Position numbers and translations under genes: made by a program | Shown: in pieces, positions 13,301 through 26,800 of the stretch | How positions within the stretch are numbered: the stretch's first letter is position 1 | How the letters are laid out: every line of letters begins with the position of its first letter | Assembly (NCBI RefSeq): GCF_009914755.1 | Contig: NC_060943.1 | Origin: the human T2T-CHM13v2.0 reference genome, Homo sapiens | Length of the DNA stretch: 64,000 nucleotides | Direction: 5' to 3' (one strand) | The notes under the pieces: generated by a model | What the model was told of the DNA's origin: nothing | Seen by the model: only the letters and a program-made list of their open reading frames with translations | The model's database searches: none

Positions 13301-14120
13301 CTGCAAGTGTATATTCAGACATCTTTGAGGCTTTCGTTGGAAACGGGATTTCCTCATATTCTGCTAGACAGAAGAATTCTCAGAAACTTCCTTCTGTTGT
13401 GTGTTTTCAACTCACAGAGTTCAACGATCCTTTACACAGAGTAGACTTGAAACACTGTTTTTGTGGAATTGGCAAGTGGAGATTTCATCGGCTTTGAGGT
13501 CAATGGTAGAAAAGGAAATATCTTCGTATAAAAACTAGACAGAGTGATTCTCAGAAACTCCTTTGTGATGTCTGCGTTCAACTGACAGAGTTTAACCTTT
13601 CTTTTCATAGAGCAGTTAGGAAACACTCTGTTTGTAATGTCTGCAAGTGGATATTCAGACCTCCTTGAGGCCTTCGTTGGAAACGGGATTTCTTCATATT
13701 CTGCTATACAGAAGAATTCTCAGAAACTTCCTTGTGTTGTGTGTATTCAACTCACAGAGTTGAACGATCCTTTACACAGAGCAGACTTGAAGCACTCTTT
13801 TTGTGGAATTGGCAAGTGGAGATTTCAGCCGCTTTGAGGTCAATTGTAGAAAAGGAAATATCTTCGTATAAAAACTAGACAGAATGATTCTCAGAAACTA
13901 CTTTGTGATGTGTGCGTTCAACTCACAGAGTTTAACCTTTCTTTTCATAGAGCAGTTAGGAAACACTCTGTTTGTAAAGTCTGCAAGTGGGTATTCAGAC
14001 ATCTTTGAGGCCTTCGTTGGAAACGGGATTTCTTCATATTATGCTAGACAGAAGAATTGTCAGTAACTTCTTGTGTTGTGTGTATTCAACTCACAGACTT
14101 GAACGATCCTTTACACAGAG
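4310..14120 (+). repeat. Near-tandem duplication, period 5098 bp (15 dimers minus 2 bp); copies ~4310-9020 and ~9408-14120
   Basis: Rare variants recur at a constant offset: ORF starts 4367/9465, 5047/10145, 8106/13204, 8889/13987. Shared 1-bp deletions at ~5300/~10398 and ~8971/~14069. Confidence 0.92.
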
Positions 14121-17100
14121 CAGACTTGAAACACTCTTTTTGTGGAATTTGCAAGTGGAGATTTCAGCCGCTTTGAGGTCAATGGTAGAAAAGGAAATAT
14201 CTTCGTATAAAAACTAGACAGAATGATTCTCAGAAACTCCTTTGTGATGTGTGCGTTCAACTCACAGAGTTTAACCTTTCTTTTCATAGAGCAATTAGGA
14301 AACACTCTGTTTGTAAAGTCTGCAAGTGGATATTCAGACCTCTTTGAGGCCTTCGTTGGAAACGGGTTTTCTTCATATTATGCTAGACAGAAGAATTCTC
14401 AGTAACTTCCTTGTGTTGTGTGTATTCAACTCACAGAGTTGAACGATCCTTTACACAGAGCAGACTTGAAACACTCTTTTTGTGGAATTTGCAAGTGGAG
14501 ATTTCAGCCGCTTTGAGGTCAATGGTAGAATAGGAAATATCTTCCTATAGAAACTAGACAGAATGATTCTCAGAAACTCCTTTGTGATGTGTGCGTTCAA
14601 CTCACAGAGTTTAACCTTTCTTTTCATAGAGCAGTTAGGAAACACTCTGTTTGTAAAGTCTGCAAGTGGATATTCAGACCTCCTTGAGGCCTTCGTTGGA
14701 AACGGGATTTCTTCATATTATGCTAGACAGAAGAATTCTCAGTAACTTCCTTGTGTTGTGTGTATTCAACTCACAGAGTTGAACGATCCTTTACACAGAG
14801 CATACTTGAAACACTCTTCTTGTGGAATTTGCAAGTGGAGATTTCAGCCGCTTTGAGGTCAATGGTAGAATAGGAAATATCTTCCTATAGATACTAGACA
14901 GAATGATTCTCAGAAACTCCTTTGTGATGTGTGCATTCAACTCACAGAGTTTAACCTTTCTTTTCATAGAGCAGTTAGGAAACACTCTGTAAAGTCTGCA
15001 AGTGGATATTCGGACCTCCTTGAGGCCTTCTTTGGAAACGGGATTTCTTCTTATTATGCTAGACAGAAAAATTCTCAGTAACTTCCTTGTGTTGTGTGTA
15101 TTCAACTCACAGAGTTGAATGATCCTTTACACAGAGCAGACTTGAAACACTCTTTTTGTGGAATTTGCAAGTGGAGATTTCAGCCGCTTTGTGGTCAATG
15201 GTAGAATAGGAAATATCTTCCTATAGAAACTAGACAGAATGATTCTCAGAAAATCCTTTGTGATGTGTGCGTTCAACTCACAGAGTTTAACCTTTCTTTT
15301 CATAGAGCAGTTAGGAAACACTCTGTTTGTAAAGTCTGCAAGTGGATATTCAGACATCTTTGAGGCTTTCGTTGGAAACGGGATTTCTTCATATTCTGCT
15401 ATACAGAAGAATTCTCAGAAACTTCCTTCTGTTGTGTGTTTTCAACTCACAGAGTTCAACGATCCTTTACACAGAGTAGACTTGAAACACTGTTTTTGTG
15501 GAATTGGCAAGTGGAGATTTCATCGGCTTTGAGGTCAATGGTAGAAAAGGAAATATCTTCGTATAAAAACTAGACAGAGTGATTCTCAGAAACTCCTTTG
15601 TGATGTGTGCATTCAACTCACAGAGTTTAACCTTTCTTTTCATAGAGCAGTTAGGAAACACTCTGTAAAGTCTGCAAGTGGATATTCGGACCTCCTTGAG
15701 GCCTTCTTTGGAAACGGGATTTCTTCATATTCTGCTACACAGAAGAATTCTCAGAAACTTCCTTGTGTTGTGTGTTTTCAACTCACAGAGTTGAACGATC
15801 CTTTCCACAGAGCAGACTTGAAACACTCTTTTTGTGGAATTTGCAAGTGGAGATTTCAGCCGCTTTGAGGTCAATGGTAGAAAAGGAAATATCTTCGTAT
15901 AAAAACTAGACAGAATGATTCTCAGAAACTCCTTTGTGATGTGTGCGTTCAACTCACAGAGTTTAACCTTTCTTTTCATAGAGCAGTTAGGAAACACTCT
16001 GTTTGTAAAGTCTGCAAGTGGATATTCAGACCTCTTTGAGGCCTTCGTTGGAAACAGGATTTCTTCATATTCTGCTAGACAGAAGAATTCTCAGAAACTT
16101 CCTTGTGTTGTGTGAATTCAACTCACAGAGTTGAACGATCCTTTACACAGAGTAGACTTGAAACACTCTTTTTTTGGAATTTGCAAGTGGAGATTTCAGC
16201 CGCTTTTAGGTCAATGGTAGAATAGGAAATATCTTCCTATAGAAACTAGACAGAATGATTCTCAGAAACTCCTTTGTGATGTGTGCGTTCAACTCACAGA
16301 GTTTAACCTTTCTTTTCATAGAGCAGTTAGGAAACACTCTGTTTGTAAAGTCTGCAAGTGGATATTCAGACCTCCTTGAGGCCTTCGTTGGAAACGGGAT
16401 TTCTTCATATTATGCTAGACAGAAGAATTCTCAGTAACTTCCTTGTGTTGTGTGTATTCAACTCACAGAGTTGTACGATCATTTACACAGAGCAGACTTG
16501 AAACAGTCTTTTTGTGGAATTTGGAAGTGGAGAATTCAGCCGCTTTGAGGTCAATGGTAGAATAGGAAATATCTTCCTATAGAAACTAGACAGAATGATT
16601 GTCAGAAACTCCTTTGTGCTGTGTGCGTTCAACTCACAGAGTTTAACCTTTCTTTTCATAGAGCAGTTAGGAAACACTCTGTTTGTAAAGTCTGCAAGTG
16701 GATATTCAGACCTCCTTGAGGCCTTCGTTGGAAACGGGATTTCTTCATATTATGCTAGACAGAAGAATTCTCAGTAACTTCCTTGTGTTGTGTGTATTCA
16801 ACTCACAGAGTTGAACGATCCTTTACACAGAGCATACTTGAAACACTCTTCTTGTGGAATTTGCAAGTGGAGATTTCAGCCGCTTTGAGGTCAATGGTAG
16901 AATAGGAAATATCTTCCTATAGAAACTAGACAGAATGATTCTCAGAAACTCCTTTGTGATGTGTGCATTCAACTCACAGAGTTTAACCTTTCTTTTCATA
17001 GAGCAGTTAGGAAACACTCTGTTTGTAAAGTCTGCAAGTGGATATTCGGACCTCCTTGAAGCCTTCTTTGGAAACGGGATTTCTTCTTATTATGCTAGAC

Positions 17101-20100
17101 AGAAAAATTCTCAGTAACTTCCTTGTGTTGTGTGTATTCAACTCACAGAGTTGAATGATCCTTTACACAGAGCAGACTTGAAAGACTCTTTTTGTGGAAT
17201 TTGCAAGTGGAGATTTCAGCCGCTTTGAGGTCAATGGTAGAATAGGAAATATCTTCCTATAGAAACTAGACAGAATGATTCTCAGAAAATCCTTTGTGAT
17301 GTGTGCGTTCAACTCACAGAGTTTAACCTTTCTTTTCATAGAGCAGTTAGGAAACACTCTGTTTGTAAAGTCTGCAAGTGGATATTCAGACATCTTTGAG
17401 GCTTTCGTTGGAAACGGGATTTCTTCATATTCTGCTATACAGAAGAATTCTCAGTAACTTCCTTGTGTTGTGTGTATTCAACTCACAGAGTTGAATGATC
17501 CTTTACACAGAGCAGACATGAAACACTCTTTTTGTGGAATTTGCAAGTGGAGATTTCAGCCGCTTTGAGGTCAATGGTAGAATAGGAAATATCTTCCTAT
17601 AGAAACTAGACAGAATGAATCTCAGAAACTCCTTTGTGCTGTGTGGGTTCAACTCACAGAGTTTAACCTTTCTTTTCATAGAGCAGTTAGGAAACACTCT
17701 GTTTGTAAAGTCTGCAAGTGGATATTCAGACATCTTTGAGGCTTTCGTTGGAAACGGGATTTCTTCATATTCTGCTAGACAGAAGAATTCTCAGAAACTT
17801 CCTGGTGTTGTGTGTTTTCAACTCACAGAGTTCAACGATCCTTTACACAGAGTAGACTTGAAACACTTTTTTTGTGGAATTGGCAAGTGGAGATTTCAGC
17901 CGCTTAGAGGTCAATGGTAGAAAAGGAAATATCTTCGTATAAAAACTAGACAGAGTGATTCTCAGAAACTCCTTTTTGATGTCTGCGTTCAACTCACAGA
18001 GTTTAACCTTTCTTTTCATAGAGCAGTTAGGAAACACTCTGTTTGTAAAGTCTGCAAGTGGATATTCAGACCTCCTTGAGGCCTTCGTTGGAAACGGTAT
18101 TTCTTCACATTCTGCTATACAGAAGAATTCTCAGAAACTTCCTTGTGTTGTGTGTATTCAACTCACAGAGTTGAACGATCCTTTAATCAGAGCAGACTTG
18201 AAACACTCCTTTTGTGGAATTTGCAAGTGGAGATTTCAGCCGCTTTGAGGTCAATGGTAGAATAGGAAATATCTTCCTATAGAAACTAGACAGAATGATT
18301 CTCAGAAACTCCTTTGTGATGTGTGCGTTCAACTCACAGAGTTTAACCTTTCTTTTCATAGAGCAGTTAGGAAACACTCTGTTTGTAAAGTCTGCAAGTG
18401 TATATTCAGACATGTTTGAGGCTTTCGTTGGAAACGGGATTTCTTCATATTCTGCTAGACAGAAGAATTCTCAGAAACTTCCTTGTGTTGTGTGTTTTCA
18501 ACTCACAGAGTTCAACGATCCTTTACACAGAGTAGACTTGAAACACTGTTTTTGTGGAATTGGCAAGTGGAGATTTCATCGGCTTTGAGGTCAATGGTAG
18601 AAAAGGAAATATCTTCGTATAAAAACTAGACAGAATGATTCTCAGAAACTCCTTTGTGATGTGTGCGTTCAACTCACAGAGTTTAACCTTTCTTTTCATA
18701 GAGCAGTTAGGAAACACTCTGTTTGTAATGTCTGCAAGTGGATATTCAGACCTCCTTGAGGCCTTCGTTGGAAACGGGATTTCTTCATATTCTGCTATAC
18801 AGAAGAATTCTCAGAAACTTCCTTGTGTTGTGTGTATTCAACTCACAGAGTTGAACGATCCTTTACACAGAGCAGACTTGAAGCACTCTTTTTGTGGAAT
18901 TGGCAAGTGGAGATTTCAGCCGCTTTGAGGTCAATTGTAGAAAAGGAAATATCTTCGTATAAAAACTAGACAGAATGATTCTCAGAAACTACTTTGTGAT
19001 GTGTGCGTTCAACTCACAGAGTTTAACCTTTCTTTTCATAGAGCAGTTAGGAAACACTCTGTTTGTAAAGTCTGCAAGTGGGTATTCAGACATCTTTGAG
19101 GCCTTCGTTGGAAACGGGATTTCTTCATATTATGCTAGACAGAAGAATTGTCAGTAACTTCTTGTGTTGTGTGTATTCAACTCACAGAGTTGAACGATCC
19201 TTTACACAGAGCAGACTTGAAACACTCTTTTTGTGGAATTTGCAAGTGGAGATTTCAGCCGCTTTGAGGTCAATGGTAGAAAAGGAAATATCTTCGTATA
19301 AAAACTAGACAGAATGATTCTCAGAAACTCCTTTGTGATGTGTGCGTTCAACTCACAGAGTTTAACCTTTCTTTTCATAGAGCAATTAGGAAACACTCTG
19401 TTTGTAAAGTCTGCAAGTGGATATTCAGACCTCTTTGAGGCCTTCGTTGGAAACGGGTTTTCTTCATACTATGCTAGACAGAAGAATTCTCAGTAACTTC
19501 CTTGTGTTGTGTGTATTCAACTCACAGAGTTGAACGATCCTTTACACAGAGCAGACTTGAAACACTCTTTTTGTGGAATTTGCAAGTGGAGATTTCAGCC
19601 GCTTTGAGGTCAATGGTAGAATAGGAAATATCTTCCTATAGAAACTAGACAGAATGATTCTCAGAAACTCCTTTGTGATGTGTGCGTTCAACTCACAGAG
19701 TTTAACCTTTCTTTTCATAGAGCAGTTAGGAAACACTCTGTTTGTAAAGTCTGCAAGTGGATATTCAGACCTCCTTGAGGCCTTCGTTGGAAACGGGATT
19801 TCTTCATAATATGCTAGACAGAAGAATTCTCAGTAACTTCCTTGTGTTGTGTGTATTCAACTCACAGAGTTGAACGATCCTTTACACAGAGCATACTTGA
19901 AACACTCTTCTTGTGGAATTTGCAAGTGGAGATTTCAGCCGCTTTGAGGTCAATGGTAGAATAGGAAATATCTTCCTATAGATACTAGACAGAATGATTC
20001 TCAGAAACTCCTTTGTGATGTGTGCATTCAACTCACAGAGTTTAACCTTTCTTTTCATAGAGCAGTTAGGAAACACTCTGTAAAGTCTGCAAGTGGATAT

Positions 20101-23100
20101 TCGGACCTCCTTGAGGCCTTCTTTGGAAACGGGATTTCTTCTTATTATGCTAGACAGAAAAATTCTCAGTAACTTCCTTGTGTTGTGTGTATTCAACTCA
20201 CAGAGTTGAATGATCCTTTACACAGAGCAGACTTGAAACACTCTTTTTGTGGAATTTGCAAGTGGAGATTTCAGCCGCTTTGTGGTCAATGGTAGAATAG
20301 GAAATATCTTCCTATAGAAACTAGACAGAATGATTCTCAGAAAATCCTTTGTGATGTGTGCGTTCAACTCACAGAGTTTAACCTTTCTTTTCATAGAGCA
20401 GTTAGGAAACACTCTGTTTGTAAAGTCTGCAAGTGGATATTCAGACATCTTTGAGGCTTTCGTTGGAAACGGGATTTCTTCATATTCTGCTATACAGAAG
20501 AATTCTCAGAAACTTCCTTCTGTTGTGTGTTTTCAACTCACAGAGTTCAACGATCCTTTACACAGAGTAGACTTGAAACACTGTTTTTGTGGAATTGGCA
20601 AGTGGAGATTTCATCGGCTTTGAGGTCAATGGTAGAAAAGGAAATATCTTCGTATAAAAACTAGACAGAGTGATTCTCAGAAACTCCTTTGTGATGTGTG
20701 CATTCAACTCACAGAGTTTAACCTTTCTTTTCATAGAGCAGTTAGGAAACACTCTGTAAAGTCTGCAAGTGGATATTCGGACCTCCTTGAGGCCTTCTTT
20801 GGAAACGGGATTTCTTCATATTCTGCTACACAGAAGAATTCTCAGAAACTTCCTTGTGTTGTGTGTTTTCAACTCACAGAGTTGAACGATCCTTTCCACA
20901 GAGCAGACTTGAAACACTCTTTTTGTGGAATTTGCAAGTGGAGATTTCAGCCGCTTTGAGGTCAATGGTAGAAAAGGAAATATCTTCGTATAAAAACTAG
21001 ACAGAATGATTCTCAGAAACTCCTTTGTGATGTGTGCGTTCAACTCACAGAGTTTAACCTTTCTTTTCATAGAGCAGTTAGGAAACACTCTGTTTGTAAA
21101 GTCTGCAAGTGGATATTCAGACCTCTTTGAGGCCTTCGTTGGAAACAGGATTTCTTCATATTCTGCTAGACAGAAGAATTCTCAGAAACTTCCTTGTGTT
21201 GTGTGAATTCAACTCACAGAGTTGAACGATCCTTTACACAGAGTAGACTTGAAACACTCTTTTTTTGGAATTTGCAAGTGGAGATTTCAGCCGCTTTTAG
21301 GTCAATGGTAGAATAGGAAATATCTTCCTATAGAAACTAGACAGAATGATTCTCAGAAACTCCTTTGTGATGTGTGCGTTCAACTCACAGAGTTTAACCT
21401 TTCTTTTCATAGAGCAGTTAGGAAACACTCTGTTTGTAAAGTCTGCAAGTGGATATTCAGACCTCCTTGAGGCCTTCGTTGGAAACGGGATTTCTTCATA
21501 TTATGCTAGACAGAAGAATTCTCAGTAACTTCCTTGTGTTGTGTGTATTCAACTCACAGAGTTGTACGATCATTTACACAGAGCAGACTTGAAACAGTCT
21601 TTTTGTGGAATTTGGAAGTGGAGAATTCAGCCGCTTTGAGGTCAATGGTAGAATAGGAAATATCTTCCTATAGAAACTAGACAGAATGATTGTCAGAAAC
21701 TCCTTTGTGCTGTGTGCGTTCAACTCACAGAGTTTAACCTTTCTTTTCATAGAGCAGTTAGGAAACACTCTGTTTGTAAAGTCTGCAAGTGGATATTCAG
21801 ACCTCCTTGAGGCCTTCGTTGGAAACGGGATTTCTTCATATTATGCTAGACAGAAGAATTCTCAGTAACTTCCTTGTGTTGTGTGTATTCAACTCACAGA
21901 GTTGAACGATCCTTTACACAGAGCATACTTGAAACACTCTTCTTGTGGAATTTGCAAGTGGAGATTTCAGCCGCTTTGAGGTCAATGGTAGAATAGGAAA
22001 TATCTTCCTATAGAAACTAGACAGAATGATTCTCAGAAACTCCTTTGTGATGTGTGCATTCAACTCACAGAGTTTAACCTTTCTTTTCATAGAGCAGTTA
22101 GGAAACACTCTGTTTGTAAAGTCTGCAAGTGGATATTCGGACCTCCTTGAAGCCTTCTTTGGAAACGGGATTTCTTCTTATTATGCTAGACAGAAAAATT
22201 CTCAGTAACTTCCTTGTGTTGTGTGTATTCAACTCACAGAGTTGAATGATCCTTTACACAGAGCAGACTTGAAAGACTCTTTTTGTGGAATTTGCAAGTG
22301 GAGATTTCAGCCGCTTTGAGGTCAATGGTAGAATAGGAAATATCTTCCTATAGAAACTAGACAGAATGATTCTCAGAAAATCCTTTGTGATGTGTGCGTT
22401 CAACTCACAGAGTTTAACCTTTCTTTTCATAGAGCAGTTAGGAAACACTCTGTTTGTAAAGTCTGCAAGTGGATATTCAGACATCTTTGAGGCTTTCGTT
22501 GGAAACGGGATTTCTTCATATTCTGCTATACAGAAGAATTCTCAGTAACTTCCTTGTGTTGTGTGTATTCAACTCACAGAGTTGAATGATCCTTTACACA
22601 GAGCAGACATGAAACACTCTTTTTGTGGAATTTGCAAGTGGAGATTTCAGCCGCTTTGAGGTCAATGGTAGAATAGGAAATATCTTCCTATAGAAACTAG
22701 ACAGAATGAATCTCAGAAACTCCTTTGTGCTGTGTGGGTTCAACTCACAGAGTTTAACCTTTCTTTTCATAGAGTAGTTAGGAAACACTCTGTTTGTAAA
22801 GTCTGCAAGTGGATATTCAGACATCTTTGAGGCTTTCGTTGGAAACGGGATTTCTTCATATTCTGCTAGACAGAAGAATTCTCAGAAACTTCCTGGTGTT
22901 GTGTGTTTTCAACTCACAGAGTTCAACGATCCTTTACACAGAGTAGACTTGAAACACTTTTTTTGTGGAATTGGCAAGTGGAGATTTCAGCCGCTTAGAG
23001 GTCAATGGTAGAAAAGGAAATATCTTCGTATAAAAACTAGACAGAGTGATTCTCAGAAACTCCTTTTTGATGTCTGCGTTCAACTCACAGAGTTTAACCT

Positions 23101-23818
23101 TTCTTTTCATAGAGCAGTTAGGAAACACTCTGTTTGTAAAGTCTGCAAGTGGATATTCAGACCTCCTTGAGGCCTTCGTTGGAAACGGTATTTCTTCACA
23201 TTCTGCTATACAGAAGAATTCTCAGAAACTTCCTTGTGTTGTGTGTATTCAACTCACAGAGTTGAACGATCCTTTAATCAGAGCAGACTTGAAACACTCC
23301 TTTTGTGGAATTTGCAAGTGGAGATTTCAGCCGCTTTGAGGTCAATGGTAGAATAGGAAATATCTTCCTATAGAAACTAGACAGAATGATTCTCAGAAAC
23401 TCCTTTGTGATGTGTGCGTTCAACTCACAGAGTTTAACCTTTCTTTTCATAGAGCAGTTAGGAAACACTCTGTTTGTAAAGTCTGCAAGTGTATATTCAG
23501 ACATGTTTGAGGCTTTCGTTGGAAACGGGATTTCTTCATATTCTGCTAGACAGAAGAATTCTCAGAAACTTCCTTGTGTTGTGTGTTTTCAACTCACAGA
23601 GTTCAACGATCCTTTACACAGAGTAGACTTGAAACACTGTTTTTGTGGAATTGGCAAGTGGAGATTTCATCGGCTTTGAGGTCAATGGTAGAAAAGGAAA
23701 TATCTTCGTATAAAAACTAGACAGAATGATTCTCAGAAACTCCTTTGTGATGTGTGCGTTCAACTCACAGAGTTTAACCTTTCTTTTCATAGAGCAGTTA
23801 GGAAACACTCTGTTTGTA
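13600..23818 (+). repeat. Complete tandem duplication, period 5091 bp (15 dimers minus 9 bp)
   Basis: ORF starts 13884/18975, 14791/19882, 15605/20696, 17955/23046, 18295/23386. Each copy holds two 4-bp deletions and one 1-bp deletion. Confidence 0.95.
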
Positions 23819-26800
23819 AAGTCTGCAAGTGGATATTCAGACATCTTTGAGGCCTTCGTTGGAAACGGGATTTCTTCATATTATGCTAGACAGAAGAATT
23901 GTCAGTAACTTCCTTGTGTTGTGTGTATTCAACTCACAGAGTTGAACGATCCTTTACACAGAGCAGACGTAAAGCACTCTTTTTGTGGAATTGGCAAGTG
24001 GAGATTTCAGCCGGTTTCAGGTCAATGGTAGAAAAGGAAATATCTTCGTATAAAAACTAGACAGAATGATTCTCAGAAACTCCTTTGTGATGTGTGCGTT
24101 CAACTCACAGAGTTTAACCTTTCTTTTCATAGAGCAGTTAGGAAACACTCTGTTTGTAAAGTCTGCAAGTGGATATTCAGACATCTTTGAGGCGTTCATT
24201 GGAAACGGGATTTCTTCATATTATGCTAGACAGAAGAATTGTCAGTAACTTCCTTGTGTTGTGTGTATTCAACTCACAGAGTTGAACGATCCTTTACACA
24301 GAGCAGACTTGAAACACTCTTTTTGTGGAATTTGCAAGTGGAGATTTCAGCCGCTTTGAGGTCAATGGTAGAAAAGGAAATATCTTCGTATAAAAACTAG
24401 AGAGAATGATTCTCAGAAACTCCTTTGTGATGTGTGCGTTCAACTCACAGAGTTTAACCTTTCTTTTCATAGAGCAATTAGGAAACACTCTGTTTGTAAA
24501 GTCTGCAAGTGGATATTCAGACCTCTTTGAGGCCTTCGTTGGAAACGGGTTTTCTTCATATTATGCTAGACAGAAGAATTCTCAGTAACTTCCTTGTGTT
24601 GTGTGTATTCAACTCACAGAGTTGAACGATCCTTTACACAGAGCAGACTTGAAACACTCTTTTTGTGGAATTTGCAAGTGGAGATTTCAGCCGCTTTGAG
24701 GTCAATGGTAAAATAGGAAATATCCTCCTATAGAAACTAGACAGTATGATTCTCAGAAACTCCTTTGTGATGTGTGCGTTCAACTCACAGAGTTTAACCT
24801 TTCTTTTCATAGAGCAGTTAGGAAACACTCTGTAAAGTCTGCAAGTGGATATTCGGACCTCCTTGAGGCCTTCTTTGGAAAAGGGATTTCTTCATATTCT
24901 GCTATACAGAAGAATTCTCAGAAACTTCCTTGTGTTGTGTGTTTTCAACTCACAGAGTTGAACGATCCTTTCCACAGAGCAGACTTGAAACACTCTTTTT
25001 GTGGAATTTGCAAGTGGAGATTTCAGCCGCTTTGAGGTCAATGGTAGAAAAGGAAATATCTTCGTATAAAAACTAGACAGAATGATTCTCAGAAACTCCT
25101 TTGTGATGTGTGCGTTCAACTCACAGAGTTTAACCTTTCTTTTCATAGAGCAGTTAGGAAACACTCTGTTTGTAAAGTCTGCAAGTGGATATTCAGACCT
25201 CTTTGAGGCCTTCGTTGGAAACGGGATTTCTTCATATTCTGCTAGAGAGAAGAATTCTCAGGAACTTCCTTGTGTTGTGTGTATTCAACTCACAGAGTTC
25301 AACGATCCTTTACACAGAGCAGACTTGAAACACTCTTTTTGTGGAATTTGCAAGTGGAGATTTCAGCCGCTTTTAGGTCAATGGTAGAATAGGAAATATC
25401 TTCCTATAGAAACTAGACAGAATGATTCTCAGAAACTCCTTTGTGATGTGTGCGTTCAACTCACAGAGTTTAACCTTTCTTTTCATAGAGCAGTTAGGAA
25501 ACACTCTGTTTGTAAAGTCTGCAAGTGGATATTCAGACCTTCTTGAGACCTTCGTTGGAAACGGGATTTCTTCATATTATGCTAGACAGAAGAATTCTCA
25601 GTAACTTCCTTGTGTTGTGTGTATTCAACTCACAGAGTTGTACGATCCTTTACACAGAGCAGAGTTGAAACACTCTTGTTGTGGAATTTGCAAGTGGAGA
25701 TTTCAGCCGCTTTGAGGTCAATGGTAGAATAGGAAATATCTTCCTATAGAAACTAGACAGAATGATTCTCAGAAACTCCTTTGTGATGTGTGCGTTCAAC
25801 TCACAGAGTTTAACCTTTCTTTTGATAGAGCAGTTAGGAAACACTCTGTTTGTAAAGTCTGCAAGTGGATATTCAGACATCTTTGAGGCTTTCGTTGGAA
25901 ACGGGATTTCTTCATATTCTGCTATACAGAAGAATTCTCAGAAACTTCCTTGTGTTGTGTGTTTTCAACTCACAGAGTTGAACGATGCTTTACACAGAGT
26001 AGACTTGAAACACTCTTTTTGTGGAATTTGCAAGTGGAGATTTCAGCCGCTTTGAGGTCAATGGTAGAAAAGGAAATATCTTCGTATAAAAACTAGACAG
26101 AATGATTCTCAGAAACTCCTTTGTGATGTGTGCGTTCAACTCACAGAGTTTAACCTTTCTTTTCATAGAGCAGTTAGGAAACACTCTGTTTGTAAAGTCT
26201 GCAAGTGGATATTCAGACCTCTTTGAGGCCTTCGTTGGAAACGAGATTTCTTCATATTCTGCTAGAGAGAAGAATTCTCAGGAACTTCCTTGTGTTGCGT
26301 GTATTCAACTCACAGAGTTCAACGATCCTTTACACAGAGCAGACTTGAAACACTCTTTTTGTGGAATTTGCAAGTGGAGATTTCAGCCGCTTTGAGGTCA
26401 ATGGTAGAAAAGGAAATATCTTCGTATAAAAACTAGACAGAATGATTCTCAGAAACTCCTTTGTGATGTGTGCGTTCAACTCACAGAGTTTAACCTTTCT
26501 TTTCATAGAGCAGTTAGGAAACACTCTCTTTGTAAAGTCTGCAAGTGGATATTCAGACCTCCTTGAGGCCTTCGTTGGAAACGGGATTTCTTCATATTAT
26601 GCTAGACAGAAGAATTCTCAGTAACTTCCTTGTGTTGTGTGTATTCAACTCACAGAGTTGAACGATCCTTTACACAGAGCAGACTTGAAACAGTCTTTTT
26701 GTGGAATTTGGAAGTGGAGAATTCAGCCGCTTTGAGGTCAACGGTAGAATAGGAAATATCTTCCTATAGAAAATTGACAGAATGATTGTCAGAAACTCCT

